Shown here piece after piece: positions 25,480-39,098 of a stretch of DNA of 64,000 nt. A program made the translations under genes and the position numbers. The notes beneath the pieces are model-generated. The model ran no database searches. It worked only from the letters and a program-made list of their open reading frames with translations, and was not told the DNA's origin. Within the stretch, counting starts at the first letter, position 1. Each line of letters opens with the position of its first letter. Source of the DNA: Octopus vulgaris (taxonomy: Eukaryota); contig OX597838.1 of NCBI GenBank assembly GCA_951406725.2, forward strand, positions 5,394,001-5,458,000, read 5' to 3'.

Positions 25480-28230
25480 TAGTGGTCGGGGGAGGAGTTG
25501 AGACCAAATGGCGTAAAAGAGCGAAGAGAGAAGATTAATTCCTGCTCACGGCGCAAACGGGAATCCGGATGGCCTCTGTGCAAGGACAAACCGAACACAG
25601 ACAGGTGTTGCAAGGAATGACCGGTGGAGCGGAAATGGCGTGAGACCGGTGTGTGGTTGGCAAGGCGGATGTCACGGAGATGTTCCGCGAACCGGTCAGC
25701 CAAGCGGCGTCCCGTTTGTCCGATGTACAGGGAATGGCAGAGATAGCAAGAGACGCAATATATGATATTGCTGGAGGTGCAGGTGAAGGAGTTGATGATG
25801 CGATAGGGTCGATGATGGGTGCCAGTGAGGAGGGTGATGTTGGAGAGGTAAGGGCAACGCGGGCGGGAGCAGGGGAACGAGCCAGGTTGGGAGGTAGGGT
25901 CAGGAAAGGAGCTATGGACCAAAAGGTCTCGTAGGTTATGGGCTCGTTTGAAGGAGGGGAGGGGTCGGTTGTGGAAGACGTGTGAAGTGGACAGGTCGGA
26001 CTGGAGATGCCGGAAAGCTCCGAAGAATGGTGCGTTGGAGATGTAGGGTCGTGGGGTGGTAAGGGAGGCGGGAGACTACAGGGCGGGTTCGGGGAGAGAG
26101 AGCAGATGCACGGTCTACGGAACGTGCTCTAGCAAGGGCGGTGTGGATAGTGGTGAGCCATACGTTGAGACTGAGTCTCAAAGTCATGGTCGTCACTACA
26201 GAGCCTACGTAGACGGAGGAATTGGGAATAGGGGATGGAAAGCTTGGTGTGTTTTGGGTGGGAGGAAGGGAAGTTGAGGTATGAGTGTGAGTCTGTGTGT
26301 CTGTAGTGAATGGAGGTTGTAACAGTGGAGTGATGAATGCTGACCGAAATGTCGAGGAAGGAGACAGAGGTGTTGGAGATAGTGGAGGGCTGGATGGACG
26401 GATTGAACGAAAGTGAGGAAGGAATCTAGATGTTCACGGGAGAGTGAGGTGGCACCGATAATGTCGTCAATGTAACGACCGTATAGTTCAGGAGTGGGAC
26501 CAGTGAAATTAGAGAATATTTGGGCCTCAACATAGCCAACGAACAGGTTCGCATAGTTGGGGCCCATTCGCCTTCCCATGGCCACTCCCGATAACCGATG
26601 GTAGAACTCGCCCGTGAACGAGAAGCAGTTGAGAGTAAGGATAAGTTCGGCCAGACGAATGAGTGTGGAGGTGTCAGGTTCAGGGTTGGGGCGGAGGTCG
26701 AGAAAGTGTTGAAGTGCCCGCAGTCCTTCGTGCTGAGGGATAACGGTATAGAGGCTCTGGATGTCCATAGTAAAAAGGATTTTGGAGGCGCCGGGAGGAA
26801 AGGAGAAAGAGTTGAAACGCCGGGGAGCATGGTTGGTATCGTGGATGTGGGAGGGAAGAGGCGCCACTAGGGGGGCAAGGACACGGTCAAAGTATTTAGA
26901 GATGAGCTCCGTGAGGCAGTTACAGGCGGAGACGATGGGGCGGCCAGGGTTGTTGGGTTTGTGGATTTTGGGGAGGAAGTAAATGGTGGGGTTTGCACAA
27001 TTAGGTTGGATGCGGTGAGGGGGGAGACGGGAGGCCGATATGAGGGAGTGGACAGTAGAGGATACCGTCTGTTGGTAGCTACGTGAGGGGTTAGAGGACA
27101 GAGGGGAGTAGAAGGAGGTGTCATTGAGTTGGCGGAGAGCCTCGGCCCTGTAGAGGTCCGCGCGCCACACCACCACAGCTCCACCCTTGTCAGCCGGTTT
27201 GATGATAATGTCAGCGCGCCGTTGGAGGGAACGAAGAGCCGAGAGCTCGGCCGGGGAGATGTTGAGGCGGCGTTGGCGCCTGGAGAAGTTTAACCGCTCC
27301 AACGCACGCTGACAGGCGCCCGCGAAAAGATCCACTGCTAGGAACTGGTCGGCGGCCCAGGTCAGTGAAGCAGTCCTCATCGATGGATGCGGGTGGTGAA
27401 CGCGGAAATGCGCACCCAACCGGACGCGGCGCACAAAGCTGTGGACATCAGCTCGCGTCTGGAATTCCTTACAGGATGGAGTGAGGGGGATGAAACGCAG
27501 ACCCTAATAAGGACGAAGCGTTCCGCCGCAGAGAGGGGAAGATCGGGGGGAATGGTAACAACAGACGGAAGTGGAAAAGGGGTGGGTGGAATAGAAGTAT
27601 GAGGGGTGGATGGAATGGGAGTAGGAGTAGGAGGGGTGGTAGGGCTGGTGGAGGTCTGAGGGGGAGGTGTGTGGTGGGTTGTTGGGAGGGACAGTGGGGT
27701 TAGGTGTGGGTGGATGGAGCCTATCAGGAGGGGAGAAGGTTAGTGTAGGAGTTGGGGTGGTGGCGTCGGGTGTGGTGGAATTGAGGAGTGATTGGAGTTT
27801 ACGAAGTTTGGTATTGGAAAGAAATTGATGGAAGAGGTGATTCAAATGGATAATGAAGCGTAGCGTGTTTGGAGCATAGAAAGGCGGCAGAGAGGAGAAA
27901 AATGTGGAGAAAGCAGGAGGGAGAAGGCGGTTGATGGTATGTAGTTTAGAGAGATTGGAGTGAATGGTGGCCCGCATAAGGCGGTAATATGTGGTGCGGA
28001 GTATGGGTAAGAGTGGAGAGCAGAGTGGAAATGGAGGCGGAAACCTTTAGGGATGAGTCGGTGATGTAGGCAGAGCTTAGGAAAGAGACGTGGCTAGAGA
28101 AGCGGGTTTTTTAAAAAGAAGCAGAGAGAGAGATTAATGGACAGCTGAAAGCAGTTTGGAGGGTGTGGGCGGAGGTGATCTTTCAAACGGTGGTGGATAG
28201 TGAGGAGGTAGGATTTGTAATCCGGCATGG
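25480..28230 (-). pseudogene. Disrupted RT + GIY-YIG endonuclease ORF of the Penelope-like element
   Basis: The coding sequence is split over several ORFs (28094-28294, 27504-27977, 26205-27434, 25936-26196, 25020-25922) by frameshifts. Confidence 0.88.
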
Positions 28231-28868
28231 TGGAATAGTGAAAAAAAAAGAAAAAAACACCAAAAAAACAATCGTATGAAAAAACTAGATACAAAAAGCG
28301 GTAGGGGCAGAAAATAAAGGCGGAGAAGATGGAGCAAATGGAAAAAGGAAAGAAAGAAAGGAAGCAGAGAGAGGGGGAGGCAAAAAAGGGGGTGCAAGCA
28401 GAGGAAACAGAGTATGGACATCCAGAGAAGGAAGAAACGACGGAGAGGTGGACAAAAAATGCAGGAAAACGTGGAAAGTATGAAATGAATGTAAAAAAAG
28501 GATAATATATGAGAAAATAAGATAAAACGAACGGGACAGTTTATATGAACAAGTTCAAGGTTGAGAGTTCAAGGTTAGAAATGTATAGACGTCGTGGTAT
28601 ATTTTTTAAGGATTTCACATCAATAACAAAGTCACTTTGATCCGTGAAAGAGAGGTGCGGCCAGTGGTAAGTATACAAGGGGTAAAGAAAATCCAATGTA
28701 GAGGTAAGAGTTGATAGTGGTGTTGGTAGAATATAGGATGAAAGTGAGACCACATGAGCGCGTAATATATAACGGGAAGCTTTATGAAAATAAACAAAAG
28801 ACAAAAGCAGGTGGAATACAAACAAACAATTGTATTAGTATGGCGCTCAGGAATATAAATAAAACAAG

Positions 28869-28906
28869 TCTTTTACGTTTCGAGCCTACGCTCTTCAACA
28901 GAAAGA
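28869..28906 (-). ncRNA. Minimal type I hammerhead-like motif in the 5' pLTR (core variant CUGUUGA)
   Basis: - strand: UCUUU CUGUUGA A GAGC GUAG GCUC GAAACGUA AAAGA, with a perfect 4-bp stem II and 5-bp stem I. Confidence 0.65.
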
Positions 28907-29361
28907 TACACAGAAAAGAAACAAGGAGAGTAAGAAAATGCGTGACGAGGCTAGTGAATCAACATGGCGATCTGATTTCGGCCAGAAGTCAAAGATCAAA
29001 CGTGAGACGCAAGAGCGAAATTAGGGGAGATAACAGGGTTAAATGACCACGCCCCAACATAAGAGTGTGTGTGTGTATGAGAGAGTATGTAGTGTGTATG
29101 AGAGGTCTGGACGTGTGTATGTATATATGATGTGATTTGTAAAGTCGTATGGTGTAGTGTAGAGAGAGGAGATGAGGGGGAGAGGGGAGGAGGAGGGGTG
29201 ATGTGTAAAGTCGTATGGTGTAGTGTAGAGAGAGGAGATGAGGGGGAAAGGGGAGGAGGATGGGTGATGTGTAAAGTCGTATGGTGAAGTGTAGAGAGAG
29301 AAGATGAGGGGAAGAGGGGAAAGGAAAGAGGAGAAGGGGAAAGGTGAGAGGGGGAGATATG

Positions 29362-29394
<33 letters not shown>

Positions 29395-29739
29395 ATACAT
29401 ACATATATATATGTATGTATATATATGTATTCTTTATTTAAAGCAGCAGAAAACTCAGCAAAGCCTGTTACTCTGAGTTTCCCGTGTTCATAACTCACCT
29501 GTATCATTTTTTCTCTCTCTTACTCTTTTCTCCTGGGTGCATAAATATATATATATATATACATGTGTGTGTGTATATTTACTCTTTTACTTGTTTCAGT
29601 AATTTGACTGTGGCCATGCTGGAGCACCGCCTTTAGTCGAGATTATCGACTCTAGGACTTATTCTTTGTAGGACTAGTACCTAGTCTATCGGTTTTTGTT
29701 GCCGAACCACCAAATTACGATGGGTGAACAAACACACAA

Positions 29740-29792
<53 letters not shown>

Positions 29793-30005
29793 ACATGTAT
29801 ATATATTATATACTGTTTATATATACATACCTATATATGTATCACTGTATGTATGTATATATATATATATATTTGTGTGTGTGTTTGTGTTTATGTATAT
29901 ATATATATGAATATATACTATAAATATGTATAAATAAATACATACATATATATGTATATATATATAAACATACACACACATATACATATATATATATATT
30001 ATATA

Positions 30006-30866
30006 CAGGGATTGGGAAAATAATGGAAACCCTTAAAATTACCAATAAATTTATTTTAATATGGGTAATTGTAGCTTGAATTGTTCGAGGCATGGACTCG
30101 TACGAAGTTGGAATTGTTTCCAAAGGCATTTCAGTGTCCATTATTCAGCTAAACCAGTCTCCTGTCCTTGTAATGATGATGGTGGATGGTATCGACTACC
30201 TATTTATTTTTCTAAAATGCACCACATATGTTCAATAATATTGAGATCTGTTGACTAAGGTGGTCAGATCCGATGTTCAACCTCACTAGAATGTTCCTCA
30301 CGCCATTCAGTAACAAAATTAGTACTGTGAATTGGTGCATTATCATCTTGAAAGATAGCGTTTCCCTATGAAAACAGTTCCGGTTTTGTGCAGCTCCCGG
30401 CCAATAATTTTTGTGGGAACTGGGTTCCCAGGTGGTCATTAAGCTCTGCATTGATTTTGGGAGCAATACTTTTGTGATTCTTTCCAACAGTTAGCGTAAG
30501 AGTCCGACGGTCCCTATCCGATGGTTTTATTCCGGAGTTTTAATCCGTCGAAGAGGTTGTTCCCTTCTTTCTCACAGGCTGTCATTACTTTCTAGACAGT
30601 GCTTCTCGATACACCAAACATTTCGGCTGTTTTGTTACGCTAGCGCCTGCCATACGAGCAACAACAATTTGACCTCTTTGAAAGTCCGATAGATCTGTCA
30701 TTTTTATGAATTTTAATTATATCATACCCGAAAAGAAATAGCAATTTTACCAAGATATTATGGAACAATAATAATAATCAGAAAACATAGACATAAACAA
30801 GCTTTTGACGGTTTTATAGATTTTACAAAATTATGATGCTAGGTGTTTCCATTATTTGTCCAACTC

Positions 30867-30869
<3 letters not shown>
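30006..30869 (-). mobile_element. Internally deleted Tc1 (DD34E) DNA transposon
   Basis: TIRs CAGGGATTGGGAAAATAATGGAAAC / GTTTCCATTATTTGTCCAACTCCTG flanked by TA. The - strand remnants read MTDLSDFQRGQIVVARMAGASVTK and IFQDDNAPIH...PP*STDLNIIEHMW. Confidence 0.88.
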
Positions 30870-30945
<76 letters not shown>

Positions 30946-31386
30946 AATATATGAACATGTGAATATGCCCGATCATATTTGGACAGGACAGCAAAGAAGA
31001 CACACAGGGGCAAGAATTATCTTATTGCACATACACCATTTTTTCTGTGTGTCAGTGTGTCATCATACTTTGAGCCCCTTCTCTCACAATTCAATGATTC
31101 TTCTCCTATTCCTCGTGCTGGGGTGAGAGACGTTATGTGCAGTAGTGAAGACAGAAAGAGAGAGAGAGAGAGTTAGACAGACAGACAGACAAAGAGTTGA
31201 TGATATTTTATTAAAAGTAGTAGTGTTGATGGTGGCAATGAAAGTAATAATAAGAGAGAAAGAGTAGGTATGTATGAGAAAGAGGGAGATGATGTACAAC
31301 TTTCTTTAACCATGTCTCTCTGACAGAAATTCCTGTCGCCAACATACTGAACACTATCATTTTTGCTTCTTTTGACTTTCTTTGAT

Positions 31387-31454
<68 letters not shown>

Positions 31455-31714
31455 CGCTTTAATTGAAATAAATTTTCCACATAATTAAACGTCTCTAATA
31501 TAAGAAATATGAATGTCAGTGTGTCACACGTTTTTAACATTACTCCCAGAGACCGTAACCCAACATATCATACCATTTTGGAACGGGACTGATTTCGTGA
31601 GTAAATATTAAAAGCATTCCGGGCCGAATCCGGACCCACAATCCTGAAGTTTTGGATTCCTATGTTTTCGTTACTGCAATTGTTTTCCACGATGTATTTA
31701 CACGATATTTTTGC

Positions 31715-31850
31715 AAACGAATATGATCATCATTGGGATATGACTCTGGAGGAAGCAACTGCAACGAATTCTCCCAAAGAAGTCAGAGATCTGTTTGCAG
31801 ATCTTCCCATTCGGTGTCAGTTGCTTAAAAGCTATATGGAAGCTTAAAAG
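31715..31850 (+). mobile_element. Helitron Rep/helicase coding remnant
   Basis: Translates EYDHHWDMTLEEATATNSPKEVRDLFADLPIRCQ, resembling the Helitron linker motif D..W...LEEA....SP..R.LFA.L...C. Confidence 0.6.
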
Positions 31851-32241
31851 CCTGCTCTAACCACTTTAATGATTATATCCTCCATGGTGAAGTGGCTACG
31901 AATAATCCATATCGGTACAGCTAATGCATTGATCTCTTAGAGAGAATTTAGAACTAACGATATATACACACACACACATACAAACACATACATATACATG
32001 TAAAATCCAGGTTGGGGAAGAAACTGTAGTAATTAAAAAAACAACTTTCAAGGGCAACATTGGTTTATTGAGACAAAATGCTGTGAACTTTTTATTTGTC
32101 GAAACACGATATTTTGAAAAAGTGTTTTTTCTTCCTATTTCACGGTATACGAGTAAGTTACAAGAGTTAAGGAATGTAGTGGATCGAATCCGAGATACAT
32201 ATGTTACCCGGATCTAATCTACTCCATACCTTAATCCTTGT

Positions 32242-32784
32242 ATGTATGCATATACATACTGGGTGGAGTGTATTAATTGTCAGGGACCATTCTCAGTCCC
32301 TGAAAACAATGAAAATCTTCTTGAATATATGACTATAAATGACAGAATAGAAAATACACATTCGTTTCCAAATAGAAAATCACGTGTGGAGAATAAAGCT
32401 ATTCATAATGAGTTTGCAGGTGCCCATAACAGGTGTCTTGGCACCACTCTTTTGTTAAACACTTCCAAAGAAAAGCAATATAAGGAAATCAATGATTCAT
32501 GTATTGGTGGGAATAAAGAATTATGTGATGGACCTGCACAAAATATGATGCCAGAAACAATTTTCCCGGAAGAAAACCCCTGTCTTTCCTTTATAAATAT
32601 TTTACCTTTCATCTATTTCCACCTTCAACATTTTTCTACATGCATAAATAATCCTTCTTCAATATATTTCTTCCACATATGTCTTCACAGTGATATATTT
32701 TCATATTTACTTCTTCTAAATTTTCTGAAAGATTTTTCTGTAACATATTTTTATTCTTTAATAAATTGCTGTGAATCCTTTTAA
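32242..32784 (+). other. 180-codon non-repetitive ORF of unknown status, paralogous to ~23150-23460
   Basis: Complex sequence with an open frame. The C-terminal FINILPFIYFHLQ...DIFSYLLLLNFLK aligns with FRIIFPWYFHLQ...DIFSYILINFRK at 23190-23381. Confidence 0.35.
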
Positions 32785-34645
32785 GGAATGAAGCGTGTTG
32801 TTGTTTTTCTTTTTACTTCGATATTTCTTCCCTCTTTATTTATTTATGTATTCATAATCAGATTAGTTTGTCTGTGGAAGCAACTCGAAATTGATGTATG
32901 TGCAATTCTATTCATGCATAAACATGTAAATGAAATATATCGGTTTGTGTGTTTGTGTGAATGAATAGTGTTCATGGGAATCAACACCATAATTTTCAAG
33001 GCCCTTAATTTGACCCCTCTATGGTTAGGTAGGACATTATTGTATAGTTATTGCCTTCATGACCTTGAAGATCATCATTCAGCTTGGTGTTAGTACGTTT
33101 ATCAAACTGCAATATATGTGGGAGATTTGGTGGTAACACTTGACATATATTAACTTTCAGACACAAATTCACCGAAAGTGCCACTGTATGGGTGTGTGTG
33201 TGTGTGTGTGTTTGTAATCAGATTCAGACAGTAGGTAGATTATGATTCTCAAATTAAGCAGTTGAGACAGGATGTAACAATGAATAGGTGCCGTCTCTTA
33301 ATAATGCCTTCAGTAGCGCCAGTCTAGCCTTTACATTATCTCAAAATTGAGACAAATCCCACTCGAAATAAACTATGCATTTCTTCTTTCTCATTTTATT
33401 CAAACAAAATGCAGTATTTATAAATATGAGTGAAATCTCCACACATGCCGTGTAGTGGTGTTTCAATATGTTCTTTGTTTTGGTGAAGAATATTATCATT
33501 GCGACGATGATGAAGATGATGATGATGACTACGATGACGATAACGATGAATGTAGTGATAGTGATGATGATGGTGATGATGATGATGTTTTCATCCATAT
33601 GTTATCCAGTATTAAAGACGAAATGTCTGACCTTAAATATCTAATAAAATCATTGATTTATATCTGTAGCCATAGAATTACCGGTATTGTACTTTGGTAA
33701 TATTCCGAAGATGGAAATCTCATCTGAATCTGGTAACATGATTTTGTCTTTGAAATTTCCTCCGACTGAATAAGAACTTAATAAAAATTAATTTTATTTA
33801 AGAAGGAACACGATTTCTATAATGGATGGTTATAGTCATGTGTAATGACCAAGAGGATCATCATCATCATCAGAATAAACCTCATCACCATCATCGGTTT
33901 GATGTCGACTGTTCTTTGCACGAATGATAGGATGAGGAAGGTACCTCGTTGCATCACTGTGATTTTGGTCTGCAATGGTATCGGGGTATTAAATCAAAGA
34001 AGAAGCATCGCACGCGGACACAATCTCCTACATGAACATTTGAACTGTTTTATTTGGTTTCCCTACACCAATGTTTTGTCTTCGAGTTCTAATCGGTGGC
34101 ATTTATCCTAAATACCACAGTGTAGAAATGAATACGAAGTCATCTCTTAGGGAAGCAAATTTTTCAGTACACAATCCCACTGGAGTTTGCTTTTGCTCCA
34201 CCTCTATCAGATGAAGTACAATGACAACTCTAATAGGATTTGAACTGAGAATGTGAGGTAGAGAAACTTACATTCTATTCAACACCGCACAAATTACCTA
34301 CTGGTGTGTGAAGTATATTCAATATCATTGTTTATCTTCAGTAGCAATTAAACAATATCATCAATTAGTCAGGGCATACTAATTATGAGTATGTCTGTGT
34401 TCTATAAATGTCAACTTATACACATTGACATAAAAGATTAAACAGCAGTGCATTAACATACATTATGAAAATTGTATTCGTTTAGGATCTAGACCTAGCT
34501 TAGGCGCAAGTGCGGCCTAGAAACACGAAGACAAATGGAAATGAAAATTGAGTTAGCTCCCCTTTTATTTTAGTTGCGAGTCTAATTAAACTCTAACGTA
34601 CATATGAGGTGAATTTGCAATGAATGTCTTATGCACATATATGTG

Positions 34646-34744
34646 CATGATATCCATGATATCCTCCTGATATCCATGATATCCTCCTGATATCCATGAT
34701 ATCCTCCTGATATCCATGATATCCTCCTGATATCCATGATATCC
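34646..34744. repeat. 20-bp minisatellite, about 5 copies
   Basis: (TGATATCCATGATATCCTCC)n, perfect units. Confidence 0.92.
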
Positions 34745-36681
34745 GCATCTGTATGTCTGTGTGCGTAAGGGTTATTCATTTTTATTCTCTTTTTACTCAT
34801 AGATTAGTTGACAATCTAGAACGATTCTCTTCATTTATACATAAAAATATAATTTTTTATATACCTAAATATATCAATTAATATACACTCTTCTTTTAAT
34901 TAAAAAAAATAAGAAAAATATGTAGTCCAACATAGACAATGCCTAAAAAACTTTCAGTGTTATAATTGTGGTTGGAAGGTATTTGACCAAGAAAGCGTAT
35001 TGAAGTGAGAATTAACCTGGCTCAAAAGAAAAATAATAGTTGGCGATAGATTCAAAAATGTGTAGCTAAAATTATCCTACGATACATAAATTTTGGATGC
35101 ATTTTTATAATTGTAGAAATATGTGATTTAGAACTTATATTTAAAATCGTATTAACCTACATATATATGAACGACAGGCTTCTTTCAGTTTCCGTTCACC
35201 GAATCCACTCTAAAAAGCTTGGTAGGCCCGAGGATATAATAATGTATGATAACTGGTACCACGAAATAGACATGAACGCAGGACCACGTATATACAAACA
35301 TACATGCACAGAAAAATTTGTACACACACACAATACTAGTGTACTAGATTTGTAAATAACCGTCTCAGTAATGAAACTCCACCTGTTTATTTTTTAGTTG
35401 AAGTATTTGTTTAAAAATGGAAGTACTCTAGAATATGAATCATATTAAATGTTCTTATTATTATGGAAATGTATATATGTGTGGCCAATAAAGAAAGTTC
35501 CCTATCGATCTATCTCTATGTATTTATGTATGTATCTATCTAATCTATCAATTTATGTCTGTCTGTTTATCTGTCTAGCTATCTATATCTTTATATTTAT
35601 ATATCCTGTGTATATCTATCTGTCTGTATCTCTCTCTCTCCCTCCCTCTCTCTCTCTATCTAATCTATCTATTAATGGATTTATATACATCTATACATAT
35701 GTCTATATTTGTGCTGCGCAGTCTAACGATTTACAAAGACTTCACGCGTATGGCACACATAGAAACACACATACACACTCGCACACACACACAGAGTCAA
35801 CACTTCACCTGCACACATAGAAACACGCATACACACGCGCACACATACACACAAACACACAAGCGCACAAACAAACAATAGACACACAAACACACAAGCG
35901 CACAAACAAACAATAGACACACAAACACACACACGGTCAAAACTTCACCCGCACACAAACACACAATCAACTGACGCACAAACACACACACACACACACA
36001 GAGTCAAAACTTCACCCGCACACATAGAAACACGCATACACACGTGCACACAAGCACACACACAAACACACAATAAAACTGACACACAAACACACACACA
36101 GTCAAAACTTCATCCGCACACACTGAACTTAGTAGTTTAATCAATAGATAATGCTGCCTGTTTTTATAATCAGTCGATTAAGGAGGGGCGACCAGTTTCT
36201 AAAAAACAAAAGGCCGGATGGAGAACCTTGAGCCTACCTGGGTTGTCATTATTTCCCGGGTGGACATTGTTTGTTCTCTCTGTTCTGTCAACAGATCAGC
36301 GATTGAAGAAAAAAACAAAACAAAAAAAAGAAAGAAAATAAAAAAAAACATCTCAGCAACAAATTTTTATATATTTTCTTTTTGTTAATACATATGTTGA
36401 AAAAATGCGATTTCTGGAAAACGCAAATTAAAACATAAAAGCTTATAAGATATATAACACACACATGCGCGCGCGCGGTCACACACACACATACATATAT
36501 ATATGTATGTATCTATATATGCAATGTGTATGTTTATATACATACACAAACATACACATATATATCTATATACATACATATGGATAAACACAGACATACA
36601 CACACACAGAAATATATACGTGTATATATATATATATACACATATATATATATCTGTGTGAGTGTATGTCTGTGTTTATCC

Positions 36682-36728
<47 letters not shown>

Positions 36729-36757
36729 TATATATATATATATATAAATATATCTTT

Positions 36758-36810
<53 letters not shown>

Positions 36811-37330
36811 GATATATATATATATATAGAAATATATCTAAGTCTAAGTTTATGAGTATGCGTGTATATATAAAGAGTATCTTTATGGAGAAAAACCCAC
36901 CTTAACCCTATAAACAGTCCTTCACTTGTAATAAATATAGACTGATTCTTTTCCGTTTTTGTATATATACACACACACAAACATATATTTGTGTGTGTGT
37001 GTGTATTCCTTAATGTCTGTGTTTTTCACTCCACGCAGTGATTCTTAACCGATGTTGGTGTGTTTACCTCCCTGTAGTATAGTGGTTCTTCAAATCACAC
37101 CAATAGAATTATTACTAAACAAGTAGAGAAACTCTTCAAGATGGTGCTGGAGCATGGCCGCATTTGAATAACGAGTAAATGAGTAAAAGTTATAATATAT
37201 ATACATACATACATACACACACACGCACGCACACACAGACTCTAACACACATTTATATAGAAACCAATATATGGAAATATATATGAACTTTCTATATATA
37301 TGTGTATATATATATATATACACACAAATA

Positions 37331-37750
37331 CTCTTACTCTTACTTGTTTCAGTCATTTTACTGTGGCCAGGCTGGAGCACCGAGCAAATCGACCCCAGGA
37401 CTTATTCTTTGTAAACCCAGTACTTTTTCTATCAGTCTCTTTTGCCGAACCGCTAAGTGACGGGGACGTAAATACACCAGCATCGGTTTTCAAGGTATGC
37501 TCGGGGGACAAACACACACACACAAAAACACACACATACACACATATATATATATACATATATACGACAGGCTTCTTTCAGTTTCCGTCTACCAAATCCA
37601 CTCACAAGGCATTGGTCGGCCCGGGGCTATAGCAGAAGACACTTGCCCAAGATGCCACGCAGTGGGACTGAACCCGGAACCATGTGGTTGGTTTGCAAGC
37701 TACTTACCACACAGCCACTCCTGCATATATATATATATGTCAGTGGATTT

Positions 37751-37793
<43 letters not shown>

Positions 37794-38164
37794 TCTTTTA
37801 CTCTTTTACTTGTTTCAGTCAGTTGACTGCGGGCATGCTGGGGCACCGCCTTTAATCGAGCAACTCGACCCCGGGACTTATTCTTTTTGGAAGCCCAGTA
37901 CTTATTCTATCGCTCCATTTTGCCGAGCCGCTAAGTAACGGGGACGTAAACACACCAGCATCGGTTGTCAAGCAATGCTAGAGGGACAAACACAGACACA
38001 CAAACACACATACATACATATATATATATATACATATATACGACAGTCTTCTTTCAGTTTCCGTCTACCAAATTCACTCACTATAGTAGAAGACACTTGC
38101 CCAAGGTGCCACGGAGTGGGACTGAACCCGGAACCATGTGGATGGTAGACAAGCTACTTACCAC

Positions 38165-38226
<62 letters not shown>

Positions 38227-38670
38227 CATATATACATATTTATATATTTATACTCTTACACTTACTTGTTTCAGTCATTTGACTGTGGCCATGCAGGAGC
38301 ACCGCCTTTTTAGTCGAACAAATCGATCCCAGGACTAATTCTTTGTAAGCCTAGTACTTATTCTGTATACGGTTCTTTTGCCGTACCGCTAAGTTACGGG
38401 GACGTAAACACACCAGCATCGGTTGTCAAACGATGTTTGGGGAACAAACGCACTCACGCGTGCGCACACAGACACACACGCACGCATATATATATATTTG
38501 TATAAACATATATACGACAGGCTTCTTTCAGTTCCGTCTACCAAATCCACTGACAAGGCTTTGGTCGGCCCGAGGCTATAGTAGAAGACAGTTGCTTATG
38601 ATGCCACGCAGTGGGACTGAACCTTGAACCATGTGGTTGGCAAGCAAGGTACTTATCACGCAGCGACTTC
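37331..38670 (-). mobile_element. Three tandem family A SINEs (37331-37725, 37796-38166, 38263-38670)
   Basis: Three successive consensus matches on the - strand, separated by (TA)n. Confidence 0.88.
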
Positions 38671-38680
38671 TGTGTATGTA

Positions 38681-38716
<36 letters not shown>

Positions 38717-38723
38717 CATATTT

Positions 38724-38784
<61 letters not shown>

Positions 38785-38785
<1 letters not shown>

Positions 38786-39001
38786 TTTATTTTAAGCAGC
38801 AGAAAATTCAACAAAATCTGTTACTCTGAGTTTCTCGTTGCCGTTCATCAGACAGTTTTTGTTTGTCTGATGAACGGCAACGAGAAACTCAGAGTAACAG
38901 ATTTTGTTGAATTTTCTGCTGCTTAAAATAAAGCATATTACTCTAACACTGGTATTTGAGTACTCTTTTTCCACCTTGTTTCACATTTATGTGTTTACTC
39001 C

Positions 39002-39003
<2 letters not shown>
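38785..39003. mobile_element. Small Penelope-type/non-autonomous insertion: perfect 70-bp inverted repeat with a hammerhead in each arm, plus a 3' tail
   Basis: Arms 38785-38854 and 38864-38933 are exact reverse complements. It is flanked by (TA)n, and a truncated related copy lies at ~29431-29490. Confidence 0.8.
38863..38900 (+). ncRNA. Minimal type I hammerhead motif (mirror copy on the - strand at 38818-38855)
   Basis: UUGU CUGAUGA ACGGCAACGA GAAACUCAGAGUA ACAG: intact CUGAUGA and GAAA core, GUA site, stem I (C/U)UGU/ACAG, stem III ACUC-A-GAGU, weak stem II CG-GCAA-CG. Confidence 0.7.

Positions 39004-39098
<95 letters not shown>

Larger units (their letters stand above)
24808..29355 (-). 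mobile_element. Penelope-like retroelement (probably Neptune clade), near full length, frameshifted, with direct pseudo-LTRs (~24808-25260 and ~28766-29355)
   Basis: RT motifs KPADKGGAVVVW, YFLPKIHK, GRPIVS, MDIQSLYT, GVAMG, ANLF and YIDD (26205-27434). Cys linker CSRPRC plus GIY-YIG NIIYCVSC..C..LYIGQTGRRLADRFAEH (25500-25920). N-terminal FLKLCLHHRLIPKGF (~28040-28090). Direct terminal repeats, inserted in (TA)n. Confidence 0.92.

Noticed and set aside
33455-33700. Asp-rich ORF (DDDEDDDDDY...)
   Set aside because: (GAT)n trinucleotide microsatellite without splice or start support; likewise ~63400-63520.
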